Assembly: GCA_032718475.1 (NCBI GenBank)
Contig: JAUCBJ010003564.1
Span: forward strand, 62,001-126,000
Origin: Nemertoderma westbladi
Taxonomy: Eukaryota; Animalia; Xenacoelomorpha
DNA: 64,000 nucleotides
Direction: 5' to 3'
This document shows positions 17,346 to 27,255 of the stretch, one piece after another. Both the position numbers and the translations under genes were made by a program. The notes below the pieces were generated by a model, which was not told where the DNA came from, made no database searches, and worked only from the letters and a program-made list of their open reading frames with translations. Within the stretch, counting starts at the first letter, position 1; each line of letters starts with the position of its first letter.

Positions 17346-18149
17346 CTATTGGTAAAGGGAAGTTGTACGCAGTTGCGTCATTAGAACCATTAGAACAGTG
17401 TAAAAGGATCTCCTCTTACAGTGGTAACGTTGGAAACGCTCCCCGAAAATACATATAAATAATTTTCCCGATTGTGTCGCTATTATATAAACTATCATTG
17501 TCTCGACTCGATAACATTACATCCCGGCCCACGAAAATCGGAAACCTAGGTAACGGGATCGAGCCCCATCAGAGCCGGTTGATATTTTCTCTTTGGACAG
17601 TATTATCAATCCATTTAATTCACCATCACTCCACCCCGCAGTAATAATTGTCTTTCTGCTCCCACGGCCTATTGTAATGTAATTTATAATTTGCCGATAA
17701 ACCAACCACCAATGATATTAAACAAAACATTAAATTATCAATTATCGATAATTCGTACTTTCCTTTTAAGTCTCTCAGTAGTTCTCCTTACTCTATCTCG
17801 GCCTTAGTTTCACGTTTTCGTTAGGAAGAATATTAATACAGATTACCAACGACTCTCTTGGGGGTAACAATTGCTGGTTTGGTTACTTCCCATAATCCAC
17901 CACTGCTATTCATGCACCTGCGCCAAGGTTCCCACCCCCACTACTTCCAAGGCTGGAATAGAATGGTACTGGGATACGGTACATGTCTATCTATAATCGG
18001 CATGCCATTACATTGCAGTGTATGATTTGTCTCCAGAAAGACCTGAGGGGAAATCCCACCACGCCTATTCTCCCCCAAGAGCCCGCACAAGATCGTACAC
18101 GGACTGTTCCTCTTGGTGAAAGCAATATCTCTCAAAGCGGAGGTTCAAG

Positions 18150-18315
18150 GGAGTTGGGAGTCTAGTGAGACACTTACAATGGCATAGCGTCTGATTGGAG
18201 ATACGTTCATTGTAATTGGCATTATGACCCCGGCGTAGCTTTCTTGTGTATGTGCTATCCAGATATATAGTGTCCTTAGTTGTTAGAACCCAGGTTGACA
18301 AAAGCACTCCCATGG
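18150..18315 (-). mobile_element. RTE-like LINE internal fragment
   Basis: LSTWVLTTKDTIYLDSTYTRKLRR..YNERISNQTL is homologous to the 56700-57455 protein (CWALTAEDTKSLDGTFTRMLRR...ISNQTL). Confidence 0.7.
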
Positions 18316-18559
18316 TCCAAGGTCATGTGTATAAATAATCCACCACAATTATTAATGAATTAAAAATTTTATTATATATTTCATGTGTTATGTAATGACA
18401 AACAGTATAAAATTAAGTACATAAATTTCATTATTTTCACACAAACAGAATCTTAAAGACAACTTTAAAACAACCCCAAAAAAACTACCACACTTGTAAG
18501 ATTTTATAGTAAGATTACAGCAAGTTTATCCGGTGGCTGTTGGTTCCGTCTCATCATTT

Positions 18560-18990
18560 ACATGCAGGATTGACGTTTACGAAACCAGAGGAGAGAGAGA
18601 GAGAGAGGAACGGGGCAGTGCAAATCTGAGTTTACGTCGCACCCAGGTACCGGAGAGTATCGCACCTCCCGCTTGTCAGCCAGTATGTGAGACAGACGAG
18701 TGATGAACGGGCTTGCAGAATGCAGATGGTGCCATAACCCCAAAGGCGTTGAATATCATAGGTACAAAGTTCCCATGTTCAACTTCTCTAACCCGCTCCT
18801 CATACTTGAGGATCTTATGATCCTCGTAGTAGCGATGCACCGCCTCTAAAGTCGAACTGCGTGCGCCTGTCAACGGGTTGAAGACTGACACATCAATATG
18901 ATCAAACTGATCTGTTGAGGTGGATTTCAAGGAAAAGTGTTCGCCAGTCAGTGGCTGGCTGCAGTATGGGCTCAATTATGGGACACCCTA
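18560..18990 (-). mobile_element. Degenerate C-terminal fragment of an RLE-type (CRE-like) non-LTR retrotransposon
   Basis: DVSVFNP...E.HK..KYEERVREVEHGNFVPMIFNAFG...LADKREVRYS. Confidence 0.7.
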
Positions 18991-19559
18991 GAGGACTCCC
19001 CATACACTTCCAATGGATCTGTGTCACCATCAGCCACATCGACACAATAATAATAAATAATTTCCTCAGGAATCTCATATAATTTAAGTATGCTGAACAT
19101 ACGTGATCGAGAGACCTAATGGAAACAGCTTTCATTTCATTCGATACTGTTCCGTATGTAGTATGGAAGTCTCTAAAGTGATGTTACAAACCTCAATAAA
19201 AAATACCAATCTACGTTTACCTGGAAATACCTTCGATAATTGATGTCCTTGTGCAAATAATATTTTTTTTAAATAACAGTTTTGTTTATTCGCAACGAGA
19301 CACATAAGTCTATAGTTGAAATTTATATTGCACTACTAATCGTTTAATTACATGATATTAAATGCTTATAATTAATTAAGTTGATATCCCATCTTACCCA
19401 GTGCCATTGGGAAAAAAAGCGTGGAAAGGTAAATAAATTATTTGGGCAATATTAGAGAACTAATAATTAAATAAGTCGAACCAGTGATTCACACACGAGT
19501 ATAGAGTTTTATTATTATATTATTATACGCGGTTTACACGCGGGATATTGTACCACCTC

Positions 19560-20121
19560 CCATAATCGACGTCGGGGTCACGAGAAGAGCACCTAAATCG
19601 CGACAAATACTTTCTAGAAATTGGTTTGTTTTTCAACACTTCAAGGTATTTCTCATAATTATAAATCCTTTTAACCTCCAAAGGTCTGCTTAAATAACAG
19701 ACATTTGGAGGAGTTACTTAACTGGCCCACCACATATTGGGCTTCAAGTCGTTTTTTAAATCTAATATGAATTCATTTTCGTGCGTACTTACTGTCTATT
19801 CCAGACTGCAGAAAATCCAGTTTCATTTAACAGGTCCCTAACTAAAGATGCCCAATTCTCATTATTCCCCAACCTGTCGCGAAGCACAGTATATACTTGT
19901 TTGAGGAGTCGTAAATACGGTATTTTAATAATTTTCAACAACTAATAATTTTCTGTGACAACTGAGAGGAAACATACCGGTCTCCCCATACAACATAACA
20001 TTTGCTGTGTTTGTTTTGACGCGTAGAATGTACTTTAGGAATTTTAGATGAACCATTTCAATGCAAAAGGCCTCGTTCCACGTTCCCCACCACACTTGAC
20101 TGCCATACTCCAGATAGGTCG
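19560..20121 (-). mobile_element. Old LINE (L2/CR1-group-like) ORF2 3' part; target of the LTR insertion
   Basis: LEYGSQVW...IEMVHLKFLKYILRVKTNTANVMLYGETGMFPL; the reading continues across the GGTCG TSD into 38751 onward. Left end is approximate. Confidence 0.8.
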
Positions 20122-22311
20122 TGATAAACAACCGCGACCTCTATACTAACAGCAGAACTGTTGAACAGACAAATACCCGTTAATATCCTTCTGTCAACCT
20201 AATAAGTTCTCGTCTAACCAATAAGACACAAAGACTGCTCTACTGTTAAGTAAAGGGGATCAGGAGCGTGCTATTACTAAATTGTAAGGGTTGCTAAATA
20301 CAAAACCGCTACTTACCGTTGGATGGCGCTAATCTGCCGTCCGCTAATATATTTTACTAAATTTACACAACTCCTGCAAAATCGCTTGTTCCTTTCTCTA
20401 CCGATTGCTCGATAGAGAGCTAACTGTTCGAATCTATGAGCCACGCGGGGATAACCAAAACAATAAACCCGAGTCGGCTCCCTAAGCTTACTTAAGACGA
20501 GTGCGAGAGGCCTTGCACTCAGAGTATTCTTACGCCTAATCCTATCACTATTAAAACACGCTATTGTCTACGTCTTTTCTAATCGCGAATTCTGGGGGTT
20601 CTCTAACGTAATGTGTGAATGCGAGAATATTTAAATAATCAAATGATACAGTAATTGTTTCTACGTGGATAGTACCGCTCTGGGTCTAAACTTGCCTGCC
20701 GCTGGCTTTAGGCCAGCAAATTACTAGCGTATTGTGCGTACCGAATAGTGCGATCTAGCTGATTGCCCGCTAATGCAAATAACCGCTCAGCGTGAATAGT
20801 TTACAGTACTCTAATTATTACCTTAGCTACTCTCCGCTATGCTGCGTACTAATTCTTAATTTTTTACTAATCAATTACAGTCACAAATATGTAACAGCGT
20901 ACTAATTACTAAGAGTTCCAGAATGCGTAATTCTAATTTATTACGCAACATGTTTCGCTAGTAATAGCCTAAATTGCCGTATTACTTTGACCTAATCAGT
21001 AACTAATTGTTGTAACTAAGAAATAGAAATCAATCAAAGAGAAAAGAGCGCCTACCTAAACATTCACAATCATAGGCACACTTCAGTAACACACCAATCA
21101 GCGTCAGCAATCACAGTTCGCAATTATGCAGTTAACTACTGTATAGCCCACAATTATGCGACTCACTATTCGTACTCCACACTCAACGTTGTAATACGCG
21201 CAGGCCTCTCCCGGATACATCTAGGTTTCCTAACTAACCCGATTCCTGCCCCCCTAATACTAAATAGAGACAAAACCTGGATCATCAGCCCCCTAGTTAC
21301 TGTATCGGCGAATGGTCTGCGTGTTACAGTGCAATTGCCCGCCCGCAACGGCGACCCCCGCCAGCGTTGCCCGCTTTGAATCCTCCGCTCTCCCCTAGTC
21401 GCTCAACCCCCCGATGTGCCCACCGCCCACTGGCACCTTAGCCCTCCATTATGCTAATAGCTACCGTAGCGGCGCATGCAAATCACAAAGTCTGACAGTC
21501 TCAGAAATCCCTTAGGATTATTGCGCAGAAAGGAATCACATAGAACCATTAATCAAAAGGTAGAAATCATAGTTCCAGTTGTAATTAGCAGTAATCGAAG
21601 GAATTAATTGAGAAACACAATCAAGAGTAATCGCACTAGCAAATCATTTCAATAAATTAATCAAAATTAGCAAATTGCAGAAAATACGCTAAAATATCCG
21701 TCAAAGGTGAATAGAGACAGCTCAGCAAGTACAAAGGTGATAGCAGGTAAGGCTCTACCGGCACACCGCCAATTTATAGGTGATCCGGATGGGGTGATGC
21801 AATAGGGTGACTCAATCGCTCTCCCATTGGCTCTCCAGTCCGCGCTAGCATTAGACCAACCTGGAAGCAGTTAGTCCAATAAGGAGGCCGGATTGTAGCC
21901 CTATTGCCCTCAAATTATTACCATATATGGTAATGGATCATGTTCCTGGCTGCTGAATGGCCAGGACAGCGTCCCTATATGCTAGCCCTATTGAAGCTAA
22001 TATCAGCAAGCACAAAAAATCCAGGGTCCGACTAAACTTGCTACCCTGGAACTATCTACATATATCCTAATACAAAATTACGTAGGTAGGGCTACATACT
22101 ATACAAAATGGATGGATTCAAAATATATGGGCGTTTCGATTTCCCTATCTAAATATCATTGCGTTATTATGCCTTATCTAAAATATTATGCTGCACAACG
22201 GACTAATATTACATACAGTATAACGGACTAATATTGTGTACAGTATAACGACTAATATTGCATACTGCATAATGACTAATATATGTGGATACAGCGCCAT
22301 ATACCGTAACA
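20122..22311 (-). repeat. 3' LTR (2190 bp)
   Basis: Direct repeat of 36572-38750; differs by about six substitutions and one 11-bp indel (ggggataacca) by eye. Preceded on the minus strand by a short purine tract GGAGCGG. Confidence 0.97.
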
Positions 22312-22800
22312 CCGCTCCAAGGGAAATCATATAATGTTTCCCTCCAATTGTAGAAGAGTATAAGGTGATGTATACAAAACAAAATAAATTTCTTCCAACT
22401 AATCTAAATACTTGATACTATAAATCCTACTATTTACAAATATTGCTATAGATATTGCATAATGAATTGCATACAAATTAAATTTACAAAATATTATCTC
22501 TCTCATTGTTAACGATTATTACATACAAATTAAATTTACAAAATATTGTTTCTCGTTCTTACTACATAATGATTACTACATACAAGATCAAATATAAAAA
22601 TTTGCTAGGGCAAGAGAAAGGAGTAAGCCAAACCCGCAGGTTTGTCTCCCCAATCACTTCCTTCGCCTCTCTCATAATATAAATTCAAAACAGCTCAACT
22701 AGTGTATATGAGTCTAGTCGAAGATTTCTAAATGCTACAATATACATCAGAGCGACGATGATGTATATATCTAGAGTCTGTCGCCCTGTGCTATAATGTA

Positions 22801-23397
22801 TCATCGACCCGCTCCTGGGTTCTTTGGGCTCGCTCCTCTCTTTCGCCCTCTTCCCAGATACACCAATCGTCCTCCAGTCGACTCCATTGACGGCGTCCGT
22901 GAGGCGTCACTCCCTGGAACCGGCGACGATGTTCCCTGAGCCCCGACAGATTCCCGGCTTGTGCTCCTTCCTCGGCCTCGTCCCAATTGTCGTGCTCCCG
23001 TGGTCGCTTCCGCCAACTCTTCCTTATGCAATTGCACACGCGCCTTCTCCGACGCTCCCTGCGCCTTGCGCTGCAATCGCTGTGCTTCTATAATAGAATG
23101 ATAGTGGTCGTCCTTGACTTGACGCTTGTCTTGGACCCCTCCTCCTGGTTCCTTCCGCGAGCCTTGAGCTCCAGCGGTCGTCGCTGTGGTCGCTGCGATC
23201 CTCTGTTCCTGTATCCTCTCAGCGGTCAATGAACCCACTGGCACATGAGTCAACAAGAATTCGTTGCGGTATTGTATAGCCGCCATCCTCCAATCACCTC
23301 GCGCGCGTACCACTTTTCTAGTCTCCGTAAATACACCCTTCGTGATGCGATCGCAAATAGCAACGAAGTTCCAGGTGTACTTGTTATCCATATTCAA
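22801..23397 (-). CDS. Element ORF4: unknown basic/low-complexity protein, possibly the frameshifted C-terminus of ORF3
   Basis: 198 aa from TTG (first ATG at 23391). The frame is open from 23526, overlapping the end of ORF3 by ~70 nt in the -1 frame. R/G/S-rich tail with an RGRKR NLS-like patch. Confidence 0.55.
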   Translation of the reverse strand: MNMDNKYTWNFVAICDRITKGVFTETRKVVRARGDWRMAAIQYRNEFLLTHVPVGSLTAERIQEQRIAATTATTAGAQGSRKEPGGGVQDKRQVKDDHYHSIIEAQRLQRKAQGASEKARVQLHKEELAEATTGARQLGRGRGRSTSRESVGAQGTSSPVPGSDASRTPSMESTGGRLVYLGRGRKRGASPKNPGAGR

Positions 23398-23456
23398 TTG
23401 TCTGAAGTATTCTCGGACTACGATAACTCCAGTGTTCTGTGGAAGGTCTTGAGCAG

Positions 23457-26400
23457 TTAGGATGAGTTCCTGATATTGTGGTAGCGATTGTAGATATGGC
23501 TCGTACGCAACATGTGTACATATGTATTAAATGGTAACCAACGCATCTGCGCTTGAATATGGTAATCAGCCACACTCTCCCACTTATCTAACATCTCCCG
23601 AAGTAGGTTAGCGCTATGGTTTTGAAAGGAATCATCTCGCAGCTGACATCTCGCGCTACGATGTCCCTTTACCCCACAATATCCACATTGAGAAATGAAG
23701 ACGGTGCACGTGTGAAACGAATGGTCGGTCTCATTACACCAACGACAGACCTTATGCGCCGCCTCTACTACAGCGTCGCACGACTTTAGATTGTGCCTTG
23801 TTCTGCCGCACAATTTGCACCTACGCGCTTGTGGAAACCAGGCCCTCTCGTATATGAGGTCTCCAATCGGTTTCGCACTTCCTTCCTTCCCAATGTCTAA
23901 TACGATGTCGTCCTCTCCGGTCAACGGTTGTCGATCCGGAACAAAGTAAACATCCTCGCCATTGTCCTCTATCTCCAATATTTCCTCCCGTGTTCGTTTC
24001 GGATATGTCTTCTCCACCGGAAGATCTACTCCGAACACCTCTACTAACGTCTCCGGCCAGCCCTCCTTAACAGGTCTATCAGCCTCCGAGTGGAAGGGAG
24101 TACCAAACCCGCGGGTTTGATTCCCGAACCACTTCTCCAAAGCTTCTGGCGTCGGATATTCCATCGACGGTCGGTCTCCCAAATCTCCGATGTTCTGTCG
24201 ATATACTCCTTCGAATATCGCTAATCCTCTCCTCACCATCGACGTATTCTCTAACGATTGGTTGAAGAACGGGGTTAAGAAACGCTTCATCACGTCGGAT
24301 TGGATTCCCCCTTTCGAGCGAACGTATTGATCTCCTCCGAATACCAATGGATGACGCTTCAAAACTCGCGCAACGATATCCGCTAATAAACAAGTCACCG
24401 TGTTCGACTCAAGCACCAAATAATATTGTAGCGACGCACGGGGTGGCGCGCAAATGTTCCAATACACTAACGCTTGCCGCTTGAAGTGGGATTTGAACTC
24501 CGCTCCCGGTGGCGTGTTGTATTCGCCATACGCCTCCTCGTACTTCTTCTGCGTCTTTAACTTAAAGTCCCAATTATACAACAAGTGTGCTATAAAGCCC
24601 ATACCAGTCTTGGCAGAGTTGGGATACTCCCTATAAATTCCAATATCCTGTGCCCATAGCAACAATAGCTTGGTGTCGACAAACGGTCTCGGCAATCTAT
24701 CTTCCAGATCAGTCATGGCGTTGAAGTCGCTCTCCAAATCGCTCTGGACTCCCGATCCCACCTTGACGTAATCTTGGTTGAGAATAGCCTCTCTAACTTT
24801 CTTGGGTAGCATCCTGGCGTCGATACGTTCCGCTCCGTGCATACCTCCTCGCCTGCATACCTCCAAAATCTGCTCCCTAGGATCCTTCCCCTTCCGATAT
24901 TGTGTCGTTATGATGGGCTCCGGTCTCTCTCGATCCGCCCTCACACGCATAAACACATGAGTCACACCATCGGCCGCACGAATTTGAATACACTTGCTGG
25001 TCAAACATTCCTGATGGGACCCTCCTTCATTGTCGTAGAACATCACCCTCCAATCCTGCAGTGATTCCTCCGTTTTCCTCCACTGACGCTGAATCTCGTC
25101 TGATGGGGTCCACATGCGCTCGATAGCCTTGTGGTCATCATATCGGGTATAAGAACCCTTCCTCCTCAGCCACGTCTGGTCTACCTCCTCGTCGTCTGGG
25201 AATGTAGCCACCGCGACCCATACCTTGATGTACTTATCCAACCATCCAAATAATTTGCTCTCCTTCCCCGGAGCTCCAATCTTATCCAATGTGTCGTAAT
25301 CTGTGATCTGCATTGGGACATCACGCAAGAACTTCGCGCATAAAACTTCCCGTAGACAGTCAACGTTCCAATGATCCGCCATTCTTACCATCGGCAAGAA
25401 TCGTATCGCTTCTCGCGACTCCGGATGATCTACTAATATCGCAGGTTCGGTGCCGTCGGAATAATACACCGGTCGGGGTTGAGATACGACCTGTGGAACA
25501 AATCCGGTCACTCTCCTCGTCTCCTCTTGATGTCTATCCGCGGTCTTATTATACTCCGCTATCCTGTTCTCAAATAACTCTTTCGCCTTCGCCGCTCGCT
25601 CCTCCTGCCGCAACGCGTCTATGTCGTCCTGATGCTCAGGCGTGAGGCTTCTCGCTCGGTGAGGTGAAGTAAACGCAGTCCAGGGACTCGAGAGCTCCAA
25701 ACCCGCGGGTTTGGTACCCGAGTCCCGCGCCGCTTCGCGCCGCGCCTCTAGATGCTTATAGGCTCGGTACAGCGAAATGGCCGCTGCCGTCTCTATCAAA
25801 CTGGGTGTCGAACAGGGTTTAATCTCCGTATACGGATCTAATGTCGTAACGGTCGGCGTAATGGGTCTCGGAGGTCGCTTTCCGCTAAAGTCGATACTGA
25901 TCATCGGGTTGCTCATCGGGTAACCTCCCTCGTTGTATCTAAGGAACTGGTGAGCTGGACATCGCGTTAATATCGGTTCCGGATGTTGCTCGTCTAATCG
26001 GTCGGGAATCGCCACGTCTTGCTTATTCATGCATTCACCACACTTGTAGAACAGCTTGTACACGCTGAAGACTTTCGGCGTCTCCTGATCCTCGCCTCGA
26101 GTCCTCCGGTATAGATGCATCCCGTCGAACTGATCTCGGATTGCAGGTAGAGGTTCTTCGTGTCGTAAATACATATTCATATGGTACAGTCGTGCGATCT
26201 CCTCGTCCGGATCTGCGCTGATGTCACATACGTCCAAAGCAAAGTCGTAGGGATACCGCGTGCGATACTCTCTCCGCAAAACTTCCATCCGGTCCCCCAA
26301 CGCTCTCATTCTTTCCCTCCGTAATTCCTTATCATAAGTCGGCTTGTATTTCCCGTTTAATTCCATCACGGACCGCCCATGGTAGTAAACGTTAGAGTCT

Positions 26401-26486
26401 TTACATCCTGGTCGCGCGAATGGTAGCTCCGCCTCCTCTCTGGCAGTAAATCCTCTGCGCGGTTGCGCTCTAATATCCTTCTCCAT
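23457..26486 (-). CDS. Element ORF3: 1009-aa protein with DEDDy-like 3'-5' exonuclease domain and three C-terminal CCHC zinc knuckles
   Basis: ExoI VMFYDNEG (D485/E487) followed by IQI; LPKKVREAILNQDYVKVGSGVQSD (ExoII, D583); FVDT; GMGFIA; ExoIII-like QYYLVLE (Y689..E693). Knuckles CKLCGRTRHNLKSC, CRWCNETDHSFHTC, CGYCGVKGHRSARC. No signal peptide or TM segment seen. Confidence 0.85.
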   Translation of the reverse strand: MEKDIRAQPRRGFTAREEAELPFARPGCKDSNVYYHGRSVMELNGKYKPTYDKELRRERMRALGDRMEVLRREYRTRYPYDFALDVCDISADPDEEIARLYHMNMYLRHEEPLPAIRDQFDGMHLYRRTRGEDQETPKVFSVYKLFYKCGECMNKQDVAIPDRLDEQHPEPILTRCPAHQFLRYNEGGYPMSNPMISIDFSGKRPPRPITPTVTTLDPYTEIKPCSTPSLIETAAAISLYRAYKHLEARREAARDSGTKPAGLELSSPWTAFTSPHRARSLTPEHQDDIDALRQEERAAKAKELFENRIAEYNKTADRHQEETRRVTGFVPQVVSQPRPVYYSDGTEPAILVDHPESREAIRFLPMVRMADHWNVDCLREVLCAKFLRDVPMQITDYDTLDKIGAPGKESKLFGWLDKYIKVWVAVATFPDDEEVDQTWLRRKGSYTRYDDHKAIERMWTPSDEIQRQWRKTEESLQDWRVMFYDNEGGSHQECLTSKCIQIRAADGVTHVFMRVRADRERPEPIITTQYRKGKDPREQILEVCRRGGMHGAERIDARMLPKKVREAILNQDYVKVGSGVQSDLESDFNAMTDLEDRLPRPFVDTKLLLLWAQDIGIYREYPNSAKTGMGFIAHLLYNWDFKLKTQKKYEEAYGEYNTPPGAEFKSHFKRQALVYWNICAPPRASLQYYLVLESNTVTCLLADIVARVLKRHPLVFGGDQYVRSKGGIQSDVMKRFLTPFFNQSLENTSMVRRGLAIFEGVYRQNIGDLGDRPSMEYPTPEALEKWFGNQTRGFGTPFHSEADRPVKEGWPETLVEVFGVDLPVEKTYPKRTREEILEIEDNGEDVYFVPDRQPLTGEDDIVLDIGKEGSAKPIGDLIYERAWFPQARRCKLCGRTRHNLKSCDAVVEAAHKVCRWCNETDHSFHTCTVFISQCGYCGVKGHRSARCQLRDDSFQNHSANLLREMLDKWESVADYHIQAQMRWLPFNTYVHMLRTSHIYNRYHNIRNSS

Positions 26487-27255
26487 TATGCCTCGTGTAT
26501 ATACATATATATATATCCCAATAAGTGCCGTTACGTAACCAATTACACTGTGGGTAAATCAGTTAGATGTCGCCGAAAGACAGACCTCCCGAACCCCCCC
26601 CCCCCCCCCCGCCTTCCAGCAGTTCAGGTTCGACTCTCTAGATCCCGTCTCTTCCTAACTAACTATCCTCTAACTTATTCCCATGCATAGCGCAAAAACT
26701 TTGGAGATAAACTGGCCGTGACCAACTCACTTTTTGATGCCCAAACTACTCCCATTACTCGTACTAAACTACAGTAATTAGAAAGGACTATAGCCACAAT
26801 ACTCGACTATACCAAACCCACAGGTTTGATAATCGAACATCGCACATCCTGCAAACTACTGAGTGGGGTCCATGTACGCCTCTGGTGCTACTAACCTTTA
26901 GCACCTTAGTTGTACTGTTGGCACCAATCCGTGGAAGTTGCTAAACTCAATTTACACTCCTACGTAATATAGCCGTCACCATGGTTTCTAAATGCTATTT
27001 TCCAGGCTTCACGACTTTTCAAATTACTGTTTATCTATAGACGAATTCTAAAACGCGTCTATACACAGCGTCTGGAATTGTCTTGGGTTCACTTTTCTAA
27101 TTTTAAAATTTTCTAATTTTCCAAAAATTTTGAGAATAAAATTTTGTTTTGATACCCACCAGACAAAACTCAACGCAAATCACCACAACCCCGCTCCTAT
27201 GCATTTCCTTGTATTTGCATACGAGGAATGCATACGAAGTGAGTTGCGTCCAACA

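Noticed and set aside
21166-21348. 60-aa ORF in both LTRs (also 37605-37787)
   Set aside because: Short, non-ATG start, and duplicated only because the LTR is duplicated.
23457-26486. ORF3 as an envelope glycoprotein
   Set aside because: No signal peptide, TM anchor or Cys-rich fusion ectodomain; the motifs are those of a nuclease and zinc knuckles.
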